Positions 51,265 to 64,000 of a DNA stretch of 64,000 bases are shown one piece after another (within the stretch, counting starts at the first letter, position 1; the number at the start of each line of letters is the position of its first letter). The position numbers were made by a program, and so were the translations under genes. The DNA is taken from positions 29,760,001 through 29,824,000 of the forward strand of contig OX597829.1 of the NCBI GenBank assembly GCA_951406725.2. The letters run 5' to 3'. Source of the DNA: Octopus vulgaris. Taxonomy: Eukaryota. The notes under the pieces were generated by a model. The model searched no databases and had not been told where the DNA came from. It saw only the letters and a list, made by a program, of their open reading frames with translations.

Positions 51265-53850
51265 GTTTTGTTGAATTTTCTGCTGCTTTAAATAAAGTAT
51301 ATATATATATATAATTCAGTGTTCTTCCTTTTCCTTGAACATGTGGTTTCAACTTCCTGTAATGGTGTTGGAACTGGAAAAGTGTCATATAGCTAACCCA
51401 TTGGTATTTCTACTCTTGGTGGCTCCTTTTCTATGACTTTTTCCTTAAGCTGATTTCTATGCCTCCTTTCCATTCTATTTCTGCTTCTTACACCATACAT
51501 CATTCTTCCTATGTATGTTACAATTTCTCCTTCTTCCCAGTATTGTTTGCCATTTTTGTACCTTCTTACATATTCCTTATCACCAATTCTAAAGAGTTTT
51601 GGCATGTCTTTACCAGCACGTATTTTTTCTTCACAAGTAACAGTTTATCGAATACTGACTTCACCTTTCTGGCAAACATTAATTCTGGTGGTGAACTTCC
51701 TTCTGGCACATTTAGGTTTAGCGTTACCTTGTTTACCATTATGAATTGTTGGATTGTGACCTCATCTGTGCCTTCCTTAAAGCCCCCTTAAAATTGTCCA
51801 TGAACTGTTCTGCCCTTCCATTCAATCTAGGATGATACAGTGCTATAGTTTTATGTTCTAATGTGAACATCCCGCAGAATCTTTTAAACTCAAAGGGTAC
51901 AAAATGTGTTCCATTATCAGAGACAATTATATCCGGTACACCAAATCTTGCAAACAGCTGCAGCCTTTTACCAGGTTTTCAATTTCCTTGTCCATGCTTG
52001 ACCAGTATACGAAACTTTGCATCAGCACTTTCATTCTAGAGATGCTTGGATGTCCCACATGGAACTCTTTTAGCATTCTCTTCTGTAATGTCAGTTGTAT
52101 GACCACCCTCTGAGCTTACATTAGTACACCATCACATATAAAGTAAACGCTCACATCTTGGTGGTTCTTTGCATCAGACCTTTTTTTACTTCCTTTGTTG
52201 ATCACAGTTTACTTTTTGTCTAATTAATATCTTTGTCATTTCTCGCATTTTTAAAAATTTCTTCCAAAGATACTGGTAATTCATGCATGATATTCCACAT
52301 TACTTTTTTTTGTTTCAATTCATTGGCCTCGTTTGTTTGTTTGACTGCTCTTTTTACATTATTGCACAAAGCGTTAAATTTCTCCATACATTCAGTGCCA
52401 AGTAAATTCATGGATTTTTTTTCAACACATAAACATTCACTTTTTTGGTTCGATCTTTGCACATTATATTACAAATGCATTCACCCATAAAATATAATTT
52501 TCTTCCCGTAGCACAGTGCGCTATTTTGTTTGAACTGCATAATCTTGGTTTACCCATTTGTTCCCATGCTTTCTCATTTATGATTGTGATGTCACTTCCT
52601 GTGTCTAATTGCATTCTGACACTAGTGGTTTCAGTTCTCACATTCATGAATTTTCTGTTTGTTGTACTCACAACTTTTCCTGCTGACAAGCCATTTATTT
52701 TTTCCTGTTTGTTCCATTTTCCTATCATTCTAGTTTTGCAGTGTGATTTTATATGTTCTGTAAACCTACAGTGAAAACACTGCTTTTTTAAACGGACAAT
52801 CCATACACATGCCATACACGGATCTATATCCTGATAATTTTTCTGTTTTTCCTGCAACACTTTATTTGTCTTCTGGCTATTTTGCACTGCTCTTATGTGG
52901 AAGCACTCTTTCTATTGAATTGCTTCTATGTCATACCTTAAATTTTAATATCCTGTCACACTCTTCCAATGTCAGATCCTGATTCATTTCCAGTTTTGAT
53001 AGAATATCTGTTTGGATTTCTATTTGTCAATCCTTGTGCAAAAAATCAAACACTTGAAAGAATCTGGAGTATGCTTGTGTAAGTAGTGAAGTCTTCATCT
53101 TTGCTCTTTTCTGATTAAACATTTCCATCTGGTGTTAAACAGTGAGCTCTTTTCACTGAACATTTGGCTCAAAATGTCAACTGTGTTGGTAAAATTTATG
53201 TCAAATGCTTTTTTGGGCAATAAGAAGTTACTATACTTCCCGTGCTCTGCTGTCGCTAGTTTTCTTAACACTAGACACATTTTCATCTCATCCATCCAAT
53301 CCTGACATTCCTTTTCAAAATTTGTTGAAATCTTTGAAAATAAGCCTTGAAGGATATTCTTTCTTTGGGGTCACATTTGAATTCACTTATGGTCAGATGA
53401 AAATGTGTTCTCTGGATTGGTTATCAACATCATTAAATGCAACTTTTGCTGCTGCAGTCCTTGTTATTCTCATAGTTCCTTGAGTTGCTGTTGTTTTTGC
53501 AGCTCAACTATCCCAGCTAGCAAGTTTTCCATATTTTACGATTTTCATAAGTTTGCACAACAATATTTTGTTTCTTTTTTGTTGAGGTATTTATTTTTCC
53601 ACATGAATTAGTTTAAACTTGTCGTGTGAATTTTCTTTTTTTTTTTCACTCCACATAAATTTGTTTTTCCTCATCACCACTGTTGCAAAGCAGTCTTTTG
53701 CCACTGTTGTATCTGTCTTTTCACAAAGGTTGTCACTCTGACAGATATTGTTATATTCTGAAGTCGTCAATAGAATGGTTCTCTCTTGCACTGTATGACC
53801 CCCAGTCATACAGTGTTATTATCCTCAAAAGGTTGGATTGTTATAATATC

Positions 53851-54002
53851 CACATCCAGCTGTAGAAACTCTGCCAAATCAAGATTGGAGCCTGGTGCAG
53901 CAATCTGGTTCACCAGCCCTCAGTCAAAATCGTCCAACCTATGCCAGCATGGAAAGTGGACATTAAATGATGATAATGACGACGACGATGATGATGATGA
54001 TA
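53851..54002 (+). mobile_element. RTE 3' fragment inserted in the LTR
   Basis: catccagctgtagaaac..atgccagcatggaaag..(gat)n interrupts sequence that is continuous in the other LTR. Confidence 0.8.
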
Positions 54003-54174
54003 TCACAGTATAATTACTATATCAGCATCGACATGACTATCAACACAGTCTACACATACTCTTGACCTTTGACTGCCTCATGTCAACCGGCTACTGGTTT
54101 ATTTATAATGGCTGGCACCTATCATTTTTTTACCAGGAGGAGTGTACAGTTTCACAATATAACAATGTATATAC

Positions 54175-54457
54175 AGTTAAATGAAGAAAAGAAACTGGAG
54201 AGTAGGAAGTTAACAATTATTATTAAGAAATTGGTCACCTTTACTTCCTACAGCTGTTTCAATTAATACTCAATAATCTAATTACAAATCTGTACATAAA
54301 ATTTACATTTATGTGATATGAGCATAATTTCATCAGAGGAAAAGATGTACCTTGAGATGTTATATTGAAACGACTGTAAGAAGTAAAGATGACGAATTTG
54401 TTAATTATGAATAATTGTTAACTTCCTACTCTCCATTTTCTTTTCTTCATTTAATTA
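54175..54457 (-). mobile_element. Inverted pLTR-like element with long-stem-II hammerhead (54244-54341)
   Basis: Arms 54175-54265 and 54362-54457; minus strand tcct-CTGATGA-aattatgctca...tgagtattaatt-GAAA-cagctg-TA-ggaag. Confidence 0.6.
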
Positions 54458-54662
54458 GATATAAACTATATGCTTGATATATGCCTTTTGCTTCAAGGGA
54501 ATTTCATTCCCCAACAACATATGGTATTGTACCAGTATTTCCTTGGATGTAACCATACCTTTACGAGGTTAACATATCCTCTACTTAAATTTATATATAT
54601 ATATGTTTTTTACAGCTGAAAGCCCTTCTATATATACATACATGCATACATGCATACATACA

Positions 54663-54750
<88 letters not shown>

Positions 54751-54756
54751 GATATG

Positions 54757-54788
<32 letters not shown>

Positions 54789-54828
54789 CATATATATATA
54801 TATGCACATATATGTATACATATTGTAT

Positions 54829-54862
<34 letters not shown>

Positions 54863-54867
<5 letters not shown>

Positions 54868-55135
54868 CATCATCATCATCATCATCATCGTTTAACGTCC
54901 GCTTTCCGCGCTAGCACGGGTTGGACGGTTTGACCGGGTCTGGGAAGCCAGGGGCCGCACCAGGCTCCAGTCTGAATCTGGCAGAGTTTCTACGGCTGGA
55001 TGCCCTTCCTAACGCCAACCACTCCGTGAGTGGATTGGGTGCTTTTTACGTGCCACCTGCACAGGGGCCGGAGGGTCCGGCATCGTCACGATCGGTTCGA
55101 GCATTTTAACGTGTCAGCGGCACGGGGGCAGCGAG
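54863..55135 (-). mobile_element. RTE 3'-UTR fragment
   Basis: (CAT)n tail plus cggctggatgcccttcctaacgccaaccactccg. Confidence 0.8.
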
Positions 55136-55855
55136 GTCCGGGGTACTTTGGGGATCCAGGGTACTTTGGGGATCTGGGGTACTTAGAATGAGTAGGGGGT
55201 ATGTGGAATTGCTGCAGAAAGCAGCCCAGGTCTTTGTAGTCACAGCATTTATCGTCACTGAGTAAGGAAGGGTTGGTGTAGGTTCCTAAGAAATAAAGAC
55301 ATTCGTTATCGTCACTGAGTAACGTTATTAGGTAGAGGAAAGAATACAGATATTCTAGAGTTGAGTTGGGGAGGGGGGTCCAGTTGAGGTGGGTAATATA
55401 GGGGAGCAACCAGTGGGGAAGGTTGGGGTAAGGAGGAACGATGGCAGGAAGGGTTGGTGTAGGTTCCTAAGAAATAAAAAACGTAGGATATTACGAGGCG
55501 GGAGGGTGCTAAAGGGGGATAGTCGGAATGAAGCAGTGTCCGGAGGAAGCGTAAGATCGGTGGGCAGTTGATGAGCTATGGCGCTAGCAGCTTGTCTTTT
55601 CACAGTGAAAGCATATGAGGAGAAGGGGTAGTGGGGGGAGGAGGAGGGAGTAGGGCTTACCCGGTGTAGATGAGTAAGGCGTATCCGGTGTAGATGGTGA
55701 GGACAGGGTATACTGGTATTGGTGGTGGGGGGTGAGGAACAGTGTTCACCAGTATTGGTGGTGTTGGCGGTGAGAACAGTGTTCACCGGTATTGGTGGTG
55801 GGGGTGAGAACAGTGTTCATCGGTATTGGTGGTGGGGGTGGGGGGGCGGGCGCAC

Positions 55856-56576
55856 CGCCGATGGCTGAAAGATGGGAAGAGATGGGAAGAGATGGGATTA
55901 CGGCTTGAGGTAGCCTCGCCTAAGGTTAAATTTTGTAGAGAGAGAGATAGAAAGATAAATCAAGTTATGGCGAAGGCTTGAAAGTAGCCTTAAAAGGTTA
56001 AATTTTCGTAACAATGTATGAATAAACGTAGTAACAACGAATGGAAATATTAAGATGAATTTTTAAAGAACTTGCTGCGGACATCGATCGGGAGTTGAAA
56101 TTTAAGAAGTAAGTTAGTTGAATTGGGAATTTAAATTGTAGAATCGTAATGGTAAGAGGAGGAAAAAGACCGCCAATGGCTGAAAGATGGCTGAAAGATG
56201 GCTGAAAGATGGGAAGAGATGGGAAGAGATGGGATTACGGCTTGAGGTAGCCTCGCCTAAGGTTAAATTTTGTAGAGAGAGAGATAGAAAGATAAATCAA
56301 GTTATGGCGAAGGCTTGAAAGTAGCCTTAAAAGGTTAAATTTTCGTAACAATGTATGAATAAACGTAGTAACAACGAATGGAAATATTAAGATGAATTTT
56401 TAAAGAACTTGCTGCGGACATCGATCGGGAGTTGAAATTTAAGAAGTAAGTTAGTTGAATTGGGAATTTAAATTGTAGAATCGTAATGGTAAGAGGAGGA
56501 AAAAGACCGCCAATGGCTGAAAGATGGCTGAAAGATGGCTGAAAGATGGGAAGAGATGGGAAGATGGATTACGGCT

Positions 56577-56578
<2 letters not shown>
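55856..56578. repeat. Tandem duplication, unit about 335 bp, about 2.1 copies
   Basis: ggattacggcttga at about 55895, 56232 and 56566; units look essentially identical apart from the number of 10-bp subrepeats. Confidence 0.9.
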
Positions 56579-56643
<65 letters not shown>

Positions 56644-56712
56644 CATACATACATACATAGATACATACATACATACATACATATATACATACATACATAC
56701 ATATATATATAT

Positions 56713-57080
56713 AACCTTCCATTTCGCGACCGTTGCCAGCACCGCCCCGACTGGCCTCGTGCCGATGGCACGTAAAAAGCACCATCCGTTCGTGTCCATT
56801 GCCAGCCTCGACTGGCCTTCGTGCCAGTGGCACATAAAAAGCACCATCCGTTCGTGGCCGTTTGCCAGCTATGTCTGGCACATGTGCGGGTGGCACGTAA
56901 AAAGCACCCACTACACTCTCGGAGTGGTTGGCGTTAGGAAGGGCATCCAGCCATAGAAACACTGCCAGATTTGACTGGGCCTGATGAAGCCTTCTGGCTT
57001 CACAGACCCCAGTAGAACCGTCCAACCCATGCTAGCATGGAAAACGGACGCTAAACGATGATGATGATGATGATGATGAT
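56713..57080 (+). mobile_element. RTE 3'-UTR fragment
   Basis: Near-identical to 10177-10505; (GAT)n tail. Confidence 0.85.
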
Positions 57081-57203
57081 AGAAAGGCATTCATCTATGA
57101 AAAACATTCCAAAGCAGACAGTGAATAACGATGCAGTCCTTGGACCTACCATCAGATCCTGTGACACTGCCCAACCCAACCTGACTTGAAACATGGACAT
57201 TAA

Positions 57204-57240
<37 letters not shown>

Positions 57241-57546
57241 CATGTGTGTTTGTTCGTCTGTGTGTGTGTGTGTATTAAAGTATATTCTTTAGGTTATTTT
57301 TATATTTTTAATAGAAGTATGGTGATTCCAGAACTTCAAAGTCATAGTCATTTTGTATTTCTACCTAATATGTGTGTATGTGTGTGTATGTATGTGTGTG
57401 TGTGGCTGTTTGTTTGTGTAAATATGTGTATGTATAAGTGATTGTGTATATACACACACATATATATATGCAAAGATATACATATATATGTACACACACA
57501 TATGAGAGAAAGTGTGTGTGAGTATGTATGTATGCATACATACATA

Positions 57547-57598
<52 letters not shown>

Positions 57599-58999
57599 CA
57601 TATTTGTATTTGTCTAAGTGTATAAATACACATATACACATACACACACATACACATATATATTTATGTATGTATATATATGTATATATGTTGGAAATTT
57701 TGTAGATAAGGGTGTGAACGTCAGTGCTTCATGTGGTTCAACCACAAAAAATGTTGAAATGTCAGCCACCCACATTTTATTTCATCACAAATGAGTGCTA
57801 CTTCAGTCTAGTCTACATTCCATACAGGTAGACAGACAGGCAGGCAGACAGGTAGGCTGGCAGGTGGGTGGGTAGGTATGTAGGTTATTGGGGGAGGGGA
57901 AGGGGAAGGCAAGCTGAAGATGGGGGTAGATAGTAAGTAGGTATGTTGGGTGGAAGGTAGATGTAGATGAACAGACAGAGATTATCAGATCTTCAAATGA
58001 CATAACTTTTGTGTGTGCATTGTGTGTGTGAGTGTGTGTGCATTGTGTGTGTGAGTGTGTGTGTGTGTGTGAGAGCGCATGTGCATGTGTGTGTGTGGAT
58101 AACTCTGGGTGTGTGTATGTATATGTGTGTGTGCATGAGCATGTGCCTGTATTACTGACTGTGCACATGTTCCCGGATAAATGTGTGTGTGCAAGTGCAT
58201 GTGTGTTTGTGTGTGTGTCTGTGTGTGTGTGTGTGTGCAAGTGCATGTGCATGTGTGTGTGTGTGTGTGGATAACTCTGGGTGTCTATGTATGTGTGTGC
58301 ACGTGAGCATGTGCCTGTATTACTTACTGTGCACATGTTCCCGGATAAATGTGTGTGTGTGTGTGTGTGTGCTTGCAGGTGCACATGTGTGTGTGTGTTT
58401 GAATATAACCATATTTATGTGTATATGCATGTGAATGTTTGTGTGTGTATATGTTTGGTTGCACGTAATGCTTTCAAAGGCATAAAAGAGGAAGAGGAAT
58501 GGAGAACGATGAGGAGGGAAGGAAAAAGAGGAGGAGGAGACAGAAGAGGAAGTGGTGGAGAGGAAGAAGAACAACAACAAAATCAAGAACACCAACAACA
58601 ACAACGACAACCAACAACAACAACAACAACAACAACAAGACAAATGGTCATGTTTTATGTTCCACAAAGGAACTTTGTTGCTGGGTTATTGTCTGACTAT
58701 TTGATCTCATGATGAATTCATCCAGAGACATTATCTGAACAAATATTATAAGGACTAAACAAAAGTTGTTTTTTTTTAAATATATCTAATTGATTTCTTT
58801 GCTGTGTGGTAAGAAGTTTGCTACCCAGCCACATGCTACTGGATTTAATTCCACTATACAGTAGTTTCGACAAGTATTTTCCATTATAGCTCTGAACTGA
58901 CCAGAGACTTGTGAGTGAATTTGATAGATGAAAACTGAAAGCTAAGAGAAGCCCATTCCACCTGCCTTCGTCTTTTGTCTATTTTCATAAAGCTTCCCG

Positions 59000-59048
<49 letters not shown>

Positions 59049-59084
59049 TGTACATACATACATACATACACACACACACATGCA

Positions 59085-59158
<74 letters not shown>

Positions 59159-59189
59159 TGCACACACACACACACACTCACATATACAC

Positions 59190-59221
<32 letters not shown>

Positions 59222-59248
59222 GTGTATGTATGAATATGTATGTATATG

Positions 59249-59279
<31 letters not shown>

Positions 59280-59479
59280 ATATGTATATATACACGCACA
59301 CACACACCCTGAAGACCTCGAATGTTTATTTGTTTACGTTACTGGTTGCATATTCTAGTGAACTACATTTGCCAACATTATAAACTAACTCCAAGCCCCT
59401 AGAAACAGCTGTCAGATTTGTGACACCATACCTTCTCCATTTTAATTTACTGTCTTTTGTACTCAGTGTAAGTTTGTTC

Positions 59480-61482
59480 TCATCATCATCATCATTTAAC
59501 TTCTGTTTTCCATGCTGGCATAGGTTGGACAGTTTGACAGGACTTAGCTAGCTGAAGAGATTTCCAGGCTCCATGACTGATTTGGCATGGTTTCTATGGC
59601 TGGATGCCCTTCCTAACACCAACAACTTTACAGAGTGTACTGGGTACTTTTACACAGTACTCGCATGGGTGCATTTACATGGCATCAGGTGCTTTTTATG
59701 TGACACCAGTGCCTATGAGCACGCAAGATTAAGGATGTTCAGCTGGAAAGCGATGCAAGGGATAGCCTGTATGCAAGGACAGCCACGCTTTTACTTGGCT
59801 TGACATGCCTTTTCAAGCACAGCAAACTGCCAGGAGTCTTGGTTCCCTGTCATTCCTTCTGTGAGTTCCAATGTCTGTAGATCCTTTCTCATCACTTCAT
59901 CCCACATCTTCCTGGGTGTACCCCTTCCACATGTTACCTCTACAATTAGAGATTAGCATCTCTTGATGCAACTGTCTTCATTCATATGGGTTACATGGCC
60001 ATATCAGTACAGTCTTCTCTCTTGCACAATACATCTGATGCTACATATACCCAGATTTTCTCTCAAATCACTCACACTCTCTCATGTATGCACACTGACA
60101 TTACCCATCCAGCAAAGCATACTGGCTTCATTTCTTTCAAGTCTTTACTTATCCTCAGTAGTCACAGCCCATGTCTCACTGCAGTGTAGCAGAGCTGTTT
60201 GTACACAGTCATCATACAACCTGCCTTTCACTTTGAGGAAGAGGCTCTTCGTTAGTGACAGAGGTAGTAGTTCTCTGAACTTTGCCCAGCCAATTCTTAT
60301 TTTAGCTGCTGTGCTTTTGGAACAACCTCCTCCACTGCTAATTTGGTCACCTGAGTAATGGAAACTGTTTACTAGTTCTAAGGATCCCTCTGACATTTGA
60401 GGGAGTCTATTTTTTGTACATTCCTGGTGTTTATTGTACCTGCACATCTGCCACATGTAAAGACTATTTTCTCTGTTAGTCTTCCAGTGATACCGCTGTA
60501 CCTCTTATGTGTCCATAGCTTGCACTGGGTACACCTTATAGAGTTTCTCCTGACAACTTTTCTACATATCAAGCAAGACCATCTCTCTGAAGGGGCATGT
60601 GGTTTGTCTGTTTTCTAACTTATCAATACTTTGGTCTTTGCTAAATAAACTCTAAGGCCCTTTGATTCCAGTCTATGCTTCTGTACCTGAAATTTCTTCT
60701 CTAGTTATGATAGTGATTCAGCAATAAGAACAAAGTCATCAGCATAGTGGAGCTCCCAAGGGCATCCATTCTTAAATTTCTGTTATAGCTTGATAAAAGA
60801 GGTCTTAGGACCGAACCCTGGTGGACTCTTACTTGTACATTAAACTCTTTGCTATATTCATTGGCAGCTCTCACCCTATTAACAGTATTCTTGTACATTG
60901 CTTGTATAGCTCTCACTAACCACTAATCTATCTCTAGCTTTTGCATTGCCTACCAGATAAAGGAGTGGGGGACCCTGTCAAAGGCTTTTTCCATGTCAGT
61001 AAAAACCAAATACAGTGGTTTTATTTTTGGCTAAGTATTTCTCATTTAGTTGCTTCACCAAGAAGATAGCACCAGTGGTGCTTCTCCCTGGCACAAATCC
61101 AAACTGTATCTCATCTATGCTAACTCTCTAATAAATTGAGCTATGACCCTTTCTGCACTTTCATCACCTGGACTAGCAATTTGATGCCTTTCTAATCATT
61201 TCTGTCTAGGACATCAAAAAACACTCCAAGCTTCTGGTCCTCATGTCACAGAACATTGGCAAACTTCCTCTTTTCTGCTTCTTCCCTGGCTAGGTATACA
61301 AATCTTCTAGCCTTCCTCCTAGATACTTGATATAATTCTCTACTGCCACCATTTTTCCAGTCCTTCAAGGCCCGTTTCTTTGCTCTAATGGCCTTGTCTA
61401 CAACCTTGTTATTGTTCCACCACACCACCCTAAGTCTAGTTGGGGCTTTGCACCAGCCACAGATTTGGTCTTTGACACTCAG
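59480..61482 (-). mobile_element. Degenerate RTE LINE with internal deletion
   Basis: DQICGWCK..WKNGGSRELYQ, VRVHQGSVL, NSIRCTQCKLWTHKR, WAKFRELLPL; (CAT)n tail at about 59481. Confidence 0.9.
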
Positions 61483-62755
61483 CAAGGGAAGAATAATAAG
61501 CTATAATGGTCAAGTTTCTAAAAGCAGACATAGGCACTAATTGTACTAGCTAAAGTGATAGTCGGGGCTGATGAGTCAGTGAGGGAAAGAAAAATATGTA
61601 TATAGATATACATATTTCTGCACATGCACAGAAACCTGATCATTATTTATTATTCTTCTCTTCCTTTTTGAGGTTTACTACTCACTTTTAGTACACCACC
61701 CCCATACAATTTTCTTTACATATCTCTCCACAACTTAGTGCCTTTCAAACATATCACCCCCACCTCCCACTTCTCACACATATTCCTTCCTTACATTCTT
61801 ATCTCTTCCTTCTATCCCTCCCCTTTTCCATTTATCTGCTGACAGCTCTCCTCTCCCCTCCCCATCACAATATCTTGACCACCATCTAGCACTCTCTTTT
61901 TTTCATTTTCTATGTATATTTATATTCGTATATGTATATATTTGTGTATATATATATATCTATGTATGTGTGTCTATGTGTTTGTGTTTGATCCCCACCG
62001 CCACTTGACAACTGGTGTTGGTTTGTTTAATCCCCTATAAGTTAGCAGTTCAACAAAAGAGAGTGATAAAATATTTTTAAACACACACACACACACACGT
62101 GTATATAACATGTTTGAAAAGCTGTTAACAACAAAAGTGCTTACACAATACAAAAGCTTCCTTTCAAAATAATTGTACCATTGTTATTTTTTAAAAAAAT
62201 TATCTAATTAATAATTTGTTAATTTAAGACAATCTTTCTTCAAATACACACAGGTATGTATGAATGTGTGTGTGTATATACATATTCATTTAAATCTTTT
62301 GGCATGGGTTTTATGGCATGATGCCCTTGCTATGATCAACCATTTAACTGTATGAACTAAGTGTATTTTATCACACCACAGGTGCTATAGACGTAGTTTG
62401 CAGTGGGACTAAAGAATTCCTCCAAGTCTACAACTGTTATTTTTTTTTTTATAATCAGAGATATTTCTTTCTTAAATGGGTCACCTTCACTATAGCTTGT
62501 GGATTACCAGTCTTACTCATTCCTTTTAGCATAGTCTTTACAAACTACTGTACCATATATTAGATAATGTAGTTTTAAATATACTGTAACTGAATAAAAG
62601 ATGGTAAGTCACAACTGGAATGTCTTTGGACATAAATCTGCTGGATCACAGCTGACATGGGGTTAAGCAAAAAAATTGTTTTAAATGAAACTATATTCAC
62701 TAATACTGATAACAATAGCATATACTGAATAATGTAGTCCTAGAAATCCAATGAT

Positions 62756-63075
62756 GAAGGTGCATGGCTCAGTAGTTAGAGCATCGAGCTTACGATCGTG
62801 AGGTTGTGAGTTTGAATCCCAGACTGGGCTGCATGTTGTGTTCTTGAGCAAGACACTTTATTTCATGTTGCTCCAGTTCACTCAGCTGTAGAAATGAGTG
62901 CCAAGTTGTATCAGCCTTTGCCTTTCCCTTGGATAACACTGGTGGCGTGGAGAGGGGAGGCCGGTATGCATGGGCGACTGATGGTCTTCTATAAACAACC
63001 TTGCCCAGGCTTGTGCCTGGAAATGTAACTTCCTAGGTGCAATCCCACGGTCAGTCATGACCGAAGGGGGGTCTC
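62756..63075 (+). mobile_element. tRNA-derived SINE with V/CORE-like domain
   Basis: tggctcagtagttagag A box, gagtttgaatccc B box, ttgtgttcttgagcaagacactt..cactcagctgta; a degenerate relative lies at about 42720-43060. Confidence 0.7.
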
Positions 63076-63549
63076 AGAAACCCAATATCTTAAGGAACTC
63101 CCTTGATGCCAGGTCTTTTTGATTAGAACTAACCTGGGGAGCAACAACAACAACAAAACCAGCAACTACAGCAATAGCCACTAAAGTATACATTAAATAA
63201 TGTCACCTTAACCTTTAAACTGGCCATAACTGGTCCATATATTCTACCTGTTTTATGTTCAGACTGACCAGATCCAGCCTCTCACACCTACCCTGCAATG
63301 TCATTCTAAAAATAAATAATCACATCTTCGAAATCTGGAAGATACACGGGCTTACAAAGAATAAGTCCTGGGGTTGATTTGCTCGACTAAAGGCAGTGCT
63401 CCATCATGGCCACAGTCACATGACTGAAATAGGTAAAAGAGTAAAAGAGTATGACAGGATTAATTCTCAAAAAATGTGAATAAATAAGCATTACATTTGA
63501 CAAAGCAATCTGTATGCTAAAAGGTTAAATATAGTATGTCTAAATATAT

Positions 63550-64000
63550 TGGTTTCAAATGTTGGCACAAGGCCAGCAAGCTTGGGGGAGGGGGTAAGTT
63601 CATTACATTGGCCCCAGTATGTGAATGGTATTTATTTTATTGACCCCCAAAAGGATGTAAAACAAAGTTGATTTTGGCAGAATTTGAACTCAGAACATAA
63701 AGATGGATGAAATTCCACACTTAGCATTTTGCCCAGCATGCTAACAGATTTAGTAGCAGGTTGCCTTACTATCTTTTTATCTTTTATCTTTCACTCATTT
63801 CAGCCATTAGACTGTGGCCATGCTGGGGCACCACCTTGGAGAATTTTTTAATCAAGATTTATTTTATTTTTTAAGCCTGGTACTTATTCTATTGGCTGCT
63901 TTTGCTGAACTACTAAGTTATGGGGATGTAAACACACCAGCACTGGTTGTCAAGTGATGGGGTAGGGACAAACACTGGTACAAAGACACATGCACACATA
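63550..64000 (-). mobile_element. Meta-like SINE (63550-63770) and 3' part of a GTAAAAGA-tail SINE (63772-64000)
   Basis: Reverse homology to the two families above. Confidence 0.7.

Larger units (their letters stand above)
50728..54095 (-). mobile_element. Internally deleted Gypsy (Mag-like) LTR retrotransposon
   Basis: Diverged direct repeats 50728-51019 (TG..CA) and 53681-about 54095. PBS-like tggtgatgagg at 53669-53679 (CpG-decayed TGGCGACGAGG, tRNA-Ser type). gag remnant (FSEKSSLFNTRWKCL), zinc knuckle CFHCRFTEHIKSHC, protease QLDTGSDITIIN, integrase remnants (SDNGT, HPRLNGRAEQFMD); RT/RNaseH not seen. Confidence 0.85.

Noticed and set aside
62756-62832. tRNA gene (also SINE heads at 41455 and 44386)
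   Set aside because: A/B boxes are present, but there is no clean cloverleaf and the sequence continues into SINE body.

Overview
AT-rich, microsatellite-saturated eukaryotic DNA. It is most likely a coleoid cephalopod (octopus), inferred from the tRNA-derived SINE families, the RTE 3' ends with (GAT)n tails and the very dense simple repeats. Almost all listed ORFs are microsatellite or repeat artefacts. Real content: (1) RTE LINEs (one young 5'-truncated copy at 18.5-21.6 kb plus many fragments), a CR1 3' fragment, and decayed HERO- and CRE-like restriction-like-endonuclease LINEs; (2) three Tc1/mariner relics and several MITEs or foldbacks, one carrying telomere-like (TAACCC)n and a perfect 8-bp TSD; (3) an internally deleted Gypsy-type LTR element; (4) many SINEs; (5) Penelope-like elements whose pseudo-LTRs carry type-I hammerhead ribozymes with an unusually long stem II, in several divergent versions; (6) a chain of small + strand exons (about 1-12.9 kb) that splice into an MFS/SLC46-like transporter C-terminal half with a stop and apparent frameshifts. 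All calls were made by eye, no database searches or folding programs were run, and element boundaries are approximate.
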